A stretch of DNA of 64,000 nucleotides, taken from positions 16,742,001-16,806,000 of the forward strand of contig NC_045696.1 of the NCBI RefSeq assembly GCF_009834535.1, read 5' to 3'. How positions within the stretch are numbered: position 1 is the first letter of the stretch; the number at the start of each line of letters is the position of its first letter. This document shows positions 12,822-23,567 of this stretch, piece by piece. The notes below the pieces were generated by a model. It had not been told where the DNA came from and did no database searches. It was given only the letters and a program-made list of their open reading frames with translations. The translations under genes and the position numbers were made by a program. Source of the stretch: Camelus ferus. Its lineage: Eukaryota.

Positions 12822-14340
12822 TTAGACTTTATTTTATTTAAAGCAGTTTAAGGTTCATAGTGAAATTAAGAGGAAAGTATAGAGATATCCCACAAACCCC
12901 CTGTCCTCACACAGGCATAGCCTTCCCCATTATCAACATCCCTCACCAGAGTGGTACTTTTGTTACAATTGATGAACCTTCATTGACACATCATTTTCAC
13001 CCAAAGTCCATAATTTATATTATAACATTACAGTTCACTTTTGGTGTTGTATGTTCTATGGGTTTGAACAAAAGTGTATTGACATGTATCTGTCATTATG
13101 GTGTAATGCAGAATATTTTCACTGCCCTAAAAATCCTCTGTGCACTGCCTATTTATCATACTCCTACCATCCATCAACCTCTGATTTTTTTTTTTTTTTA
13201 CTATTTCCATAGTTTTGCTTTTTCCAAAATATCATGTAGTTGGAATCATGCAGTGTGTAGCCTTTTCAGATTGACTTTTTTCATTTAGTAATATGCATTT
13301 AAAGTTTCTCCATGTCTTTTCATTGCTTGATAGGTCTTTTCTTTTCAGTGTTGAATAATATTCCATTGTCTGGATGAACCAGTTTATCTGTTCATCTGCT
13401 GAAGAACATCTTGGCTGCTTCCACATTCTGGCAATTATGAATAAAGCTGCTATAGACTTCTGTATGTAGGTTTTTGTGTGGGCATGTTTTTAAGTCTTTT
13501 GGGTAAATACTAAGGAATGTGATTGCTGAATCATATGGTACGAGAATGTTTACTTTTGCAAGAAACTGCCAGACTGTTTTCCAAAGTGTCTAAACTGTTT
13601 TGAATTCCCCCAGCAATAAATGAAAGTTCCTGTTGCTCCACTTCCTCTCCAGCATTTGGTGGTTATCAGTGAATTGGAGCTATTCTTATAGATGTGTAGT
13701 AGTATTTCATTGTTGTTTTAATTTGCATTTCCCTGATGACATATGATGCAGAGTATCTTTTCATATGCTTGTTTGCCATCTACATTTCTTTAGTGAGGTC
13801 TTTGGTCCAATTTTTATTCAGGTTATTTGTTTTCTTGTTGTTGAGTTTTAAATGTTCTTTGTATATTTTAGATACAGTCCTTTATCAGATGTGGCTTTTG
13901 CAAATATTTTTTCCCAGTCTGTGATCTATCTTCTTATTCTCTTAACATTGTCTTTTGCAGGGCAGAATTTCTTTCATTTTAATAAACTCTAGCTTTTCAA
14001 TTATATTTTTCATGGGTTGTGCCCTTGGCATTGTACCTAAAAAGTTACTGCCATATCAAAGGTCATCTAAATTTTCTTCTATGTTATCTTCTAGAAGTTT
14101 TATAGTTTTGTGATTTTCATTTAGGTCTGTTACCCATTTTGAGTTCATTTTTATGCAGGGTGTGGAGTTTGTCTCTAGGTTCATTTCTTTTTCTTTTTCT
14201 TTTTTCTTTTTGTATGTGGATGTCCAGTTGTTTCAGCAACTTTTCTTAAAAAGACTCCTCCATGTATTGCATTTGTTTCTTTCTCAAAGATCAATTGACT
14301 ATATTCATGTGGATCTATTTCTGTGTTCTCTATTGCTCTG
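12822..14340 (-). mobile_element. L1MC1/2-like LINE 3' portion
   Basis: L1MC-type 3' UTR (cattatcaacatccctcaccagagtggtac, ttcactgccctaaaaatcctctgtgc). Minus-strand ORFs WKQPRCSSADEQINWFIQTMEYYSTLKRK and IENTEIDPHEYSQLIFEK resemble the L1 ORF2 C-terminus. Confidence 0.9.
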
Positions 14341-15260
14341 TAAAAAACAAGACTTCCGTCTAACAACTATGTAATTTACTTATTTTTATGTTACTTTTTG
14401 GTATATTTTACCATGTAAAATCCATAAGAACCAGCCTGTAAACTGCTGTATCCCCAGTGCAGAACTGAGTTCAGAATATATATAGACACTCTGTAAAAAT
14501 TTGTAGAATGAACAAATGAGTAAATTACTAAATTAGGAAGTTTTGAAAATACAGTAATACTGACTCCTTGAATTTAACAGCTTTGGTCCTCTGGTAAATA
14601 GAGATGTGGAAGAGGAACTTTCCCAGCTCTTATAGAAAATACAAAGTTTAAGATCCTGTAAAATTTTAATTTGTAGATTCAATGCCCAGAGCTGGTAAGA
14701 TTCAAATTCTTGTTTATAAGAATAAATGAAAAAGATAAAAGGAGACAGAGAGAGAGAGAGAGACCAGTGCTGTCGTGAGTCAACAGTGACTCTACTCCAT
14801 CTTTTATCTTTTCTCCTACGTTTTTGAGTTTATCAAGGAAAAAATATATTCCTTTTCTCAAAAGACTTGTGATTTTTCTCCTCCTTTCTTGGAAATCACT
14901 GTGGATGACAGAGAGCTTACAGAATCAGGTACCAAAGAAAGCTCTATTCTGCACTTCAGGGGCTAAAGTAGGCTACACTTTAAGACTTCTTGTTTCCTGA
15001 TTCTTTCCTCCCTTTGGTGACAGTGACACATCGTTTGCTGAAATAACTCGGAGCGCTGTGTGTGTTTCATCTACAGGCCTTTGCTTATCACCCAAAACTT
15101 CTTGGCTTAACTTGTGCCTTGGTGGCTGTCCCCCTGTGCCTGCAGCTGAGAGGGGTGGTTTTCACAATGATGTCAGCTCCTGCACGAACTGCAGCTGGTG
15201 TGATAATTCAGCCATAACTAGGTCAACTTCCTTTACTTACCATTTTTCCATAAATTGTAC

Positions 15261-15732
15261 TGTGAATGAAAAATACTGCAAACCATATCAGTAAACAAAG
15301 ATTATGCTGAAACCATCAAGTTATCAGCTACTGCCGCCACCCCCCCAGTGAAGACAAGCCTGCAGCCAGGCCTCTGCAGCCACTCACAATGGTGCACCCT
15401 GAGGGGACTCAGAATAAGAAAGGACAGCATACTGGCCCTAGACAGCTAGGTGCTTGTCAATGGGATGAATTCAATGAGCCCAAATGTTTGCTTCCTCCCA
15501 TACATGGAAAAGCACTAAATTTTTTAACTTCTTGAGATGCCGGGTTTTCTTTAGTTAACAAGTAATCTTTTATTGTTCCAACTACCTGGTCTTTGTTGTA
15601 AAGCTCCTATATACCCTAGCTCCTCCCCTACCTCTTTGGAGCAATCCCTCAGAGTGATCATCCGGCTGGAGTCCTCCAAGGAAATAAAACATAACTCTCA
15701 ACTTTTAGGCTGCCCATTTATTTCAGTCAACA
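15261..15732 (+). mobile_element. ERV1-type solo LTR, family A copy 2
   Basis: tgtgaatgaaaaat...tttcagtcaaca. Perfect TSD gtac at 15257-15260 and 15733-15736. First 60 nt differ from the 8055 copy at 2 positions. Confidence 0.92.
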
Positions 15733-16517
15733 GTACTCATGTTTCCTTTTATTCTTGGAGACAGTGTTTCAAACTGTAGAAGTAATGAATAAATTTAGCA
15801 GTCTCCTTTGAAAGGAGAATATTACAATGAGAGAAATGTTATTAAAATATACTCCTTGAAGGGAAATCCTTCAGCACAAGTTAATTTTGTTGAACATATA
15901 TTTGGTATTATAATAACATTATACTACTTATGTTATTTCATTGGAATAGAAAGGACCATTTCTATTTTTCTTCCAAACCACTCAGGAAAAAGTGTGTGTG
16001 TGTTTGTTTGTGCACATGTGCATGTGTGTTGCTTTAAAAAGGCTTATTTTATTACATGGTGTTGGTTTAAGGAGAATTTATTACTTTTATAGTTAGAGAT
16101 AAATGGCCAGGGGATAGATTTTTCAAATTACCATGTAAGGTCATACAGATAGGGACAGACTACCATAGTTATTTTTAGTAAAGGCATCTGAAGAGATGAA
16201 CCCAGAATGGTGAATTCAAAATAATCAAAATATTTTTGTTCCTCCTTGACTGAGATACACTTTTTCACAAAATGTCATTTCTGAAGTGAAATTAGAGTAA
16301 GACGAAGTGCGTTATTTTTTTATATTTTGGGAGGATTAAAATTTAAATGAGTAAGCGTTGGAGGCCCACAGTGCTTTTCTTCCCCCACTAGAGAGGAGGG
16401 TTGGTTCGTGAAATGGAAGCACTTTTGTAAGAAGTAAAGCTAAATATTAGAATTCTGCACAATTCCAGGAGAGAGATCTGAAAGCCTCATTTTATCTCTG
16501 ATGGATTAATAGATTAT

Positions 16518-16623
16518 GTTCATTCAAATGACATTTATTAAACACCTCCTGTGGGCCCGGCACTGTGCTAGAAACTCAGAATGCAAGTACAACACAATGA
16601 AGATCCTTGGTCTCATGGAGTAT
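16518..16623 (-). mobile_element. L2 3' terminal fragment
   Basis: ttcattcaaatgacatttattaaacacctcctgtgggcccggcactgtgctag...ggtctcatggag. Confidence 0.7.
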
Positions 16624-16627
16624 GTAC

Positions 16628-17168
16628 TGTTACCGAACAAAAGTTTGTGTTCCTGAGGCACAGTGAGGACAAACAAACCAAAAGGACAGAGTTTAGAGTG
16701 GAGAAAGGTTTATTGCAGGGCCAAGCAAGAAGAACCAGAGGCTCATGCTCCAAAAACCTGAACTCTCTGATGGTTTTCAGAAAAAATTTTTATAAGAAAA
16801 ATTTGGGGTGAGAGCAGCAAGGTGTGTGACTTTCTTCTGATAGGTTGGTGGCGAGGTAACAGGTCGGGGTCCAGGGATCTTGGTGCTCAGCTTGAAGTTG
16901 CCATCCTCCACCCAGGTGGGGCCTCAGTCCCTGCAGGAGAACTCAAAGATATTGTTCTGTGTATTCCTTGAGGGGGAACCAGGACTCTGCCCCAAGGCTG
17001 CACTGTTGTTTCCTCACTGCTCCTCCCTTTTCTCTGACTCCCTCCCTTCTCCGATTAGCAACTGTTTGAATTTGCCCTTTGGAACTCAGGGAAGGTAAAG
17101 GAGGCTGAATGAAGCCTTTTTCCTACTAACAAGAAATCTAGGACACCGATTGTACCTGCCCCATTTCA
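16628..17168 (-). mobile_element. ERV1-type solo LTR (MER41-like artiodactyl family)
   Basis: tgttaccgaac...ggagaaaggtttattgcagggcc (antisense AATAAA)...ccccatttca. Perfect TSD gtac at 16624-16627 and 17169-17172. Confidence 0.88.
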
Positions 17169-17260
17169 GTACTTCAAAAATAAGCATGTTGCATATGCTT
17201 TCAGATGGTATATTTTTGGTGCAATTTGGTTTGTACTGTAAAACAATATTTTTATCATAT

Positions 17261-17790
17261 TGTTGCTGAAATGTTGGCCCCCACCCCTGATGAGCAAAAT
17301 AACCCAGAGATCAGGTCTTGGAGTTTAGAAGAAAAGAGACAGCTTTAATACTTGGCTGGGCAAAGGGGACTCACAGCAGGGTAGTGCCTTCAAAGCTGTG
17401 AACCCATCTTGGGGGTTGGGTGGGGTGGTTATATAGCCAGAGCCCAAACAATAAAGCATCGATAACAATCAACAGAATCATTTTCTCCTCAGAAGACTTA
17501 GAATGGTGATGTGACGCCTCCAGGAGACCAATTCTATACAGGCCAGCACTTAGATCTCTTTATCTCATAAGCACTCAAGAAGTGGAGAATGACTCAGAGA
17601 CCAAGCATGATTATTGCTTTCAATTACTGTAGTAAAATAGAAACAGTAAGATCAATAGCTTTAGTTTTAACGATGAACCTGGAGCTGTGAGTATCAACTG
17701 GTCAGTCAGGTCAGTTGACCATTTTAAGGGCAAGCGTAAGAATAAGCAATCTATTAGCCTAAGTGTGGCCATTTTATTAATCCTCCTTCA
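17261..17790 (-). mobile_element. ERV1-type solo LTR, family B copy 1
   Basis: TG...CA termini, antisense ATTAAA and TATA (ttatatag), TSD atat/atgt. Reverse-complement match to 18023-18483. Confidence 0.88.
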
Positions 17791-18022
17791 ATGTATTTCT
17801 TATTATAGACACAGTATATGAAACTTTCCAGAATTCTACCTACCATCTAAGCAACTGTAAACATTGTTTTATCTTTCTAATCATAGTATAACTTTATTAA
17901 AATATTGCTTCTCACTTAGTATATATTTGTACATTTTAAAATATGATTCTAATGGTTGTCAGATTACATAGAAATAAACGATCTATTATTGAGCATTTAA
18001 GTGACTCTTGATTTCCTGTTAT

Positions 18023-18483
18023 TGAAGGAGGATTAGTAAAATGGCTGCACTTAGGCTAACAGATTGCTTATTCTTATGTTTGCCCTTAAAACGGTCAACT
18101 GACCTGACTGACCAGTTGCTACTCACAGCTCCAGGCCCATTGTTAAAACTAAAGCTGTTGCTCTTACTGTGTCTACTTTATTACAGTAATTGAAAGTAAT
18201 AATCATGCTTGGTCTCTAAGTCGTTCTCCAAGGAGAAGGTCACAGGACTGTAACCTTACAAAATAGCCTGAATTACCACGGAGACCACGCCTGGAGTGCT
18301 TATGAGATAAAGAGATCTAAGTGCTGGCCTCTATAGAATTGGTCGCCTGGAGGCGTCACATCACCATTCTAAGTCTTCTGAGGAGAAAATGATTCTGTTG
18401 ATTGTTATCAATGCTTTTTTGTTTGAGCTCTGGCTGTATAACCACCCCACCCCATCCCCAAGGGGGGTTCACAGTTCTGAAGG
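18023..18483 (+). mobile_element. ERV1-type LTR, family B copy 2, 3'-truncated
   Basis: Starts tgaaggaggattagtaaaatggc, the reverse complement of the end of copy 1. Homology stops at cacagttctgaagg. Confidence 0.88.
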
Positions 18484-18680
18484 TGATGCAGGAAAACAGA
18501 TGTGGGGCATGAGGAGGGCTGCGTCCCAGGTCTCTTTTGAGCCCCTGGGCCGTGCCCCGCCAAGTGTGGGTCCTTGGCTTCACGCAGCAAAGTATTCAAG
18601 AGTGAGCCACAATTGAGTGAAGGTAGATTTATTCAGAGAGATACATTAAAAGGCAAGAGAAAGGCCATGAGGTGGGGGGC
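18484..18680 (-). mobile_element. ERV1-type LTR fragment (U5/R end), family C
   Basis: Begins tgatgcagg exactly where family B homology ends. gggtccttggcttcacgcagcaaagtattcaagagtgagccac...agatttattc is typical of an antisense ERV1 LTR end. Right boundary uncertain. Confidence 0.65.
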
Positions 18681-19416
18681 AGAGGGGCCTTGGAGCAGGA
18701 ATCTGCCAGATGTCTGTGGACCCCATAAGAGTTAGTTTTTATCAGGGAAGATTTCAGCTGTGTTTATGAAAAGCTACAACATTGTTCAGTGTACCCTCCT
18801 GAGGTTGATCTATACACTCCATGCTACGCCAGTTTTGTTGCTCCAAATACCATTTTTAGCACCGGGAATCACCAGAAAAAGGAAAAACACAACCTTAAGC
18901 TACTTCAGCTCAATTCACCAAACGTTTATTTGTCCCCTATGACATAGCTGACTCCATCTAGGTACACGTAGTATAACCTTGTGAGATGAGGCCTTTTTCC
19001 CTGGGGGCATTGCATTTAGTAATGGAACTTCCTCACAGCTAGCAGAAAATTCCAGTACTTGGAATTATGTCCCATATGGTGGCCTGTGCTACACTTTCTA
19101 TATAACAATTATGGGTTTATGCTTTTCTCATGAGGGCTATCCTGTAGCATTCAATTCTGAGAAGTAGGGGAAAGAAAATGTTTCATATTCTCTAGACATA
19201 CTTCAACTGGAAATCGATGAATTCCCTAAATATGCCTTTAATATTGGTTTAATATTAAACAGAGTCAATACACAGGTGGTTTTTTAATAGTCACTTTGAA
19301 TCACCATAAAAGACTGTGGATGCTGTTCTATGAAAATATGATGAATGCTCAACACCAGGTAAACTTCAGAAAGAAATTCAAAACTTGACTTGAGAGATAG
19401 AAATGAAATGTAATTT

Positions 19417-19881
19417 TGAAAGAGTAGAAAATTGACAAGATTGTTCCTGAGTTGTTCCAGCCTGTAATTTTAGGTAAACTGATCTTATGACTAACACAAT
19501 CCCCTCCCTGTGCTCTCTTTTCTTAGAATAACTTATCCTTTTACACTGGAAGTCTTGAAAGAAGGTCATGGATTGAACCTCAAGAAAAACAGGTAGACCC
19601 TTCTCAATTCCCCCATAACAACAGCAAGTTCTTATCAAGATGAAGAGAATGTAACACCCTGTAAAATGCCCTGATTGTTATCACCTTTTCTGTTCCCTCT
19701 GGTTTTTCTATAAAACCTCAAGATCCCAGCCCCAAGATGGGCTCAGTCTTTAAGGCATGAGCCGGCTCTGACTCCCTTTGCCTGGCAAGGCAATAAAGCT
19801 GCTCTTTCCTAATTCTCTCAGAACTCTGCCTCTGACTGTCAATTTGGCTATTGGGGTACAGAGGTTGGTTTTTTGGCAACA
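19417..19881 (+). mobile_element. ERV1-type solo LTR, family D
   Basis: tgaaagag...ctataaaa (TATA)...caataaagct...ttttggcaaca. Perfect TSD attt at 19413-19416 and 19882-19885. Confidence 0.85.
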
Positions 19882-21329
19882 ATTTCAAGAACACAAGTCA
19901 AAGTTTGTTTTCTGAAATGTATGTTTTAAGTGAATCCAATATTCTGCTAATTATTCAATAGAAATTGAAACTGTAAAGAGATAAATTCTGAGATATATTG
20001 CTGGTCTTATCAGATATTGGGGAGCCCAAGTCTCATTCAGTGTAGTGATGATACCTGGTCATATAATTTTTCTTTCTTTCTTCATTCTCCTCCCCCTCCC
20101 CCCCCTTCTTCTCCACCCCCCCCCCCCATGTATTATATAGTAATAAGGAAGCCTCATAACATCAGAATTCTGCTTGGAAAACTCCTGGTAAGGGACACAC
20201 TGCCAAATACAGAGTGTGTGTGTTTGCCAGACAGAAATCTCCACATGATTTTTGTCCTGCAGCATAATAAGCTGGCAGCTAAAAAGGGGCATAAACAGAT
20301 TAGCTTACCTTCCTTCTGTTTGCAGTTTTTCCTTAAGAGAATATTTACCTTTGGACAGTGCTGAATTCCAAATATTTTGCTTCTTTCCCAAATACCATTT
20401 TGAAAAAATTCCATTTACCCTATCAGACAGACAACCCTGTGATTCATCAGCTCTGGCCTCAAATTACCTTCTCCGACCTTTTAAAGATACACATATTAGC
20501 ATGGCCATACATGTACTGACTTAAAATTATTCTTTTAATAGGAAAAAACTCATTTTTCCCCCAAAATGAGTTTCAGCGGAGTCTTCTGTCTGAAAGTGTA
20601 CCTGAATGCAACAAGGCCATTTTCAAATAACTAGATGCATATGTGTGTAAACAATGCTTAGAAATTGTCAGAACTCCTAAGATTAATTCAATCTTCTAAC
20701 TAGAGAAGATAAAACCTGTAAAAGAGTGTACACTGTAAGTAAATTTTCTTTTGTAGAAAATGCCTTTTTTGGTATTAAACCCACTACTGAATATTGTTTG
20801 TTTGCAGATGAAAAACCAGAAGCAGCTAATTAAAAATCTTGCATATCTATACCATGAACGTAGAATAAGTTAAAACTGTATCTTAATAAAGTTGTACTTT
20901 AGTGGAAAAAAGTTCAGGAAAACAGTTCATGAAAGAACAACAGCAAAGGGAAACAATTGTCTGTAAATTGTCTGGTTCAATAGGAAGAATCTTTTCATCT
21001 TTTTTCATGAAAAGCATTTTTAACCTAGCCTGATAATCACTATTTTATAGTAGTCTGTGCTTTTCCTGGACCCTGAGTACCTCTGGGTCAAAATCTGGCA
21101 TTGCTACCATATTCATGATTTGGGGCAAGTGACCACAAAATTCCTGAGGATTGTTTGTTTGTCTGTTAAGAGGTAATGATACACAATTAGTGTGAGATTT
21201 CACTGAGTATATGTGAAAGGAATCTCAACTTTAATCAATTTGGAAGATACTGGTTCACTTATTCTGTCATTTGAGCTAAAGAGCCATGAGCTGGATCCTC
21301 ATCTCTTAGCATATGTTATACTTTCATTA

Positions 21330-23567
21330 AGAATTAAGGAGTTTCCTTAACTTGATAGAGGACATCTACAGAAGTCCTACAGGTGACATTGCATTGAATG
21401 GTGAAAGACTGAACACTTTTTCCTAGACAAGAATGTTCCTTCTCACCTCTTCTAGTCAATAGTATATTAGGGGTTCTAGGTAAGACAATTAGGCAATAAA
21501 TGACATGACCTTATTACAGAAAATCCTAAGAAATTTACTAAAAAAAAAAAAGTCTACTAGAATTAATGAAATCTGGAAGTCCAGCAAATTTGCAAGATTC
21601 AAGATCATATACAAAAAAAATTGCATTTCTATGTACTTACAAAAAAGACTCCAAAAATGAAATGAAGAAAACCATTATATTTATAATAGCACCAAAAATA
21701 ACAGTATACACATAGAAATTAAACAATATTAAAGAAGTACAAAACTTATGCACTGAAAACTACATAACAGAGTTAAAAGAAAATATAGAACACTTAATAA
21801 ATAGAAAAACATTCTACGTTCATGGATTGGAAGACTTAATATTGTTAAGATGGCAATATTCCCAAGTTGATCTATAGATTCAAAGTAATCCTTATCAAAA
21901 TCACAGCTAGCTACTTTGCAGAAAATGACAAACTGCTCTTAAAAATTTATCCTGGATAAAACAAGAAACTATATTCAATACTTTGTAGTAACCTATAATG
22001 AAAAAGAATGTAAAAATGAATATATGTATGTTCATGTATGACTGAACTATAATGTTATACACCAGAAACTGACATAACATTGTAAACTGACAATACTTCA
22101 ATAAAAAAAAATATGGAGATTCAAAGAAGCTAGAATAGCCAAAATGATCTTGAAACAAAAAGAACAAAGTTAGAGACTCTCACACTTTCAAACTTTAAAA
22201 CTTACTACAAAGCTATGGTATAGCTATCAAGATAGTATGATACTGGCATAGGGACAGACATAGGACATTAGAACAGAGTTGCAAGTCCAGAATAAACCCT
22301 GACATTTATGGCCAACTGATTTTTGACAACAATGTCAATGGGGGAAAGATTAGTTTTTCAACAAGTAGTCCTAAGACAACTGGATATACACATGCAAAAT
22401 AATCAAGTTGGACCCCTACCTGATAACAAATACAAAAATTAAATATAAATGGATCAAAGACCTACATGTAAGAACTAAAACTATAATATGGAACTTTGGT
22501 ATGGAAAGAAAACATAGGCATAAATCTTTGTGATTTTGAATTAGTTAATGGTTTCTTAAGTATCACATCAAAAGCATAAACAATAAAAGAAAAGAAAAAT
22601 AAGTTGGATTTTAAAAAAATTAAAAATGTTGTACTTCAAAGGATACTATCAAGAGATTAAAAAGAAAGGCCATGGAATGAGAGAAAATATTTGCAAATCA
22701 CATATCTGATGGAGGACTTATATCTAGATTATGTAAAGAACTCTTACAAAGCAGCAATAAAAGCCAATCACACAATTAAAAACGGACAAAGGATATGAAT
22801 AGATATTTCTATTGGAAAAGATGCCCAACATCTTTAGCCACCAGAGAAATGCATATAAAAAGCACAGTAAGATACTACTTCACACCAAGCAGGATGGCTG
22901 TAATAAAAATGACAGATGACACATGTTGTTGAGAATGTGGGGAAATCATAATTCACAGACACTGCTGGTAAGAATGTAAAATGGTTCAGCCTCTTTGGAA
23001 AACAGTTTACAAGTTCCTCAAAATGTTAAACATGGAGTTACCTTATGAACCAGCAATTCCACTCCTAGGTATATACCAAGAGAAATAAAAGTAAACACAT
23101 ACACAAAAACTTGTACCTGAATGTTCATAGCAACATTATTTATAATGGCCAAAAATTGGAAATGACAACTCAAATGTCTATGATCAATACATTAAGAAAA
23201 TGAGGCATATCTATACAATGGAGTATTATTTAACAGTGAAAAGAAAGGAAGGACCCATGCATCCTACAACATTGCTGAACCTTGAAAACATGTTAAATGA
23301 AAGAAACTAATCACAAAATCCACATATTGTATGATTCTATTTATATGTAGTATTCAGAGGAAGCAAATTTATAGAGGCAGAATGTAGACTAGTGGTTGTT
23401 GAGGGCTAATGGGGATTAAAGGAAAGGAAGGGTATGGGGAGAAAATTGATTGTAATTATGGTGATGGTTGTAGAACTATGAAAAAACAGTAAGAAACACT
23501 GAATTATACACTTTCAATGGGTGACTTCTGTGGCAGGTGAATTATATCTTAATAAAGTTGTTAAAAA
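21330..23567 (+). mobile_element. L1MB-like LINE, ORF2 remnant plus 3' UTR
   Basis: catggattggaagacttaatattgttaagatggcaat, ccagcaattccactcctaggtatatacc, and terminal gtgaattatatcttaataaagttgttaaaaa. Many stops and deletions. Confidence 0.92.
21951..22110 (+). mobile_element. Short younger L1 3' end nested in the L1MB
   Basis: gaatatatgtatgttcatgtatgactgaa...acattgtaaactgacaatacttcaataaaaaaaaa, same family as 33169-33320. Host L1 resumes at atatggagattcaaag. Confidence 0.85.

Noticed and set aside
12860..13288. 142-aa ORF
   Set aside because: Antisense reading of an L1MC 3' UTR.
8055..15732. Full-length endogenous provirus
   Set aside because: Outer TSDs do not match, each LTR has its own TSD, and there is no retroviral coding sequence between them.
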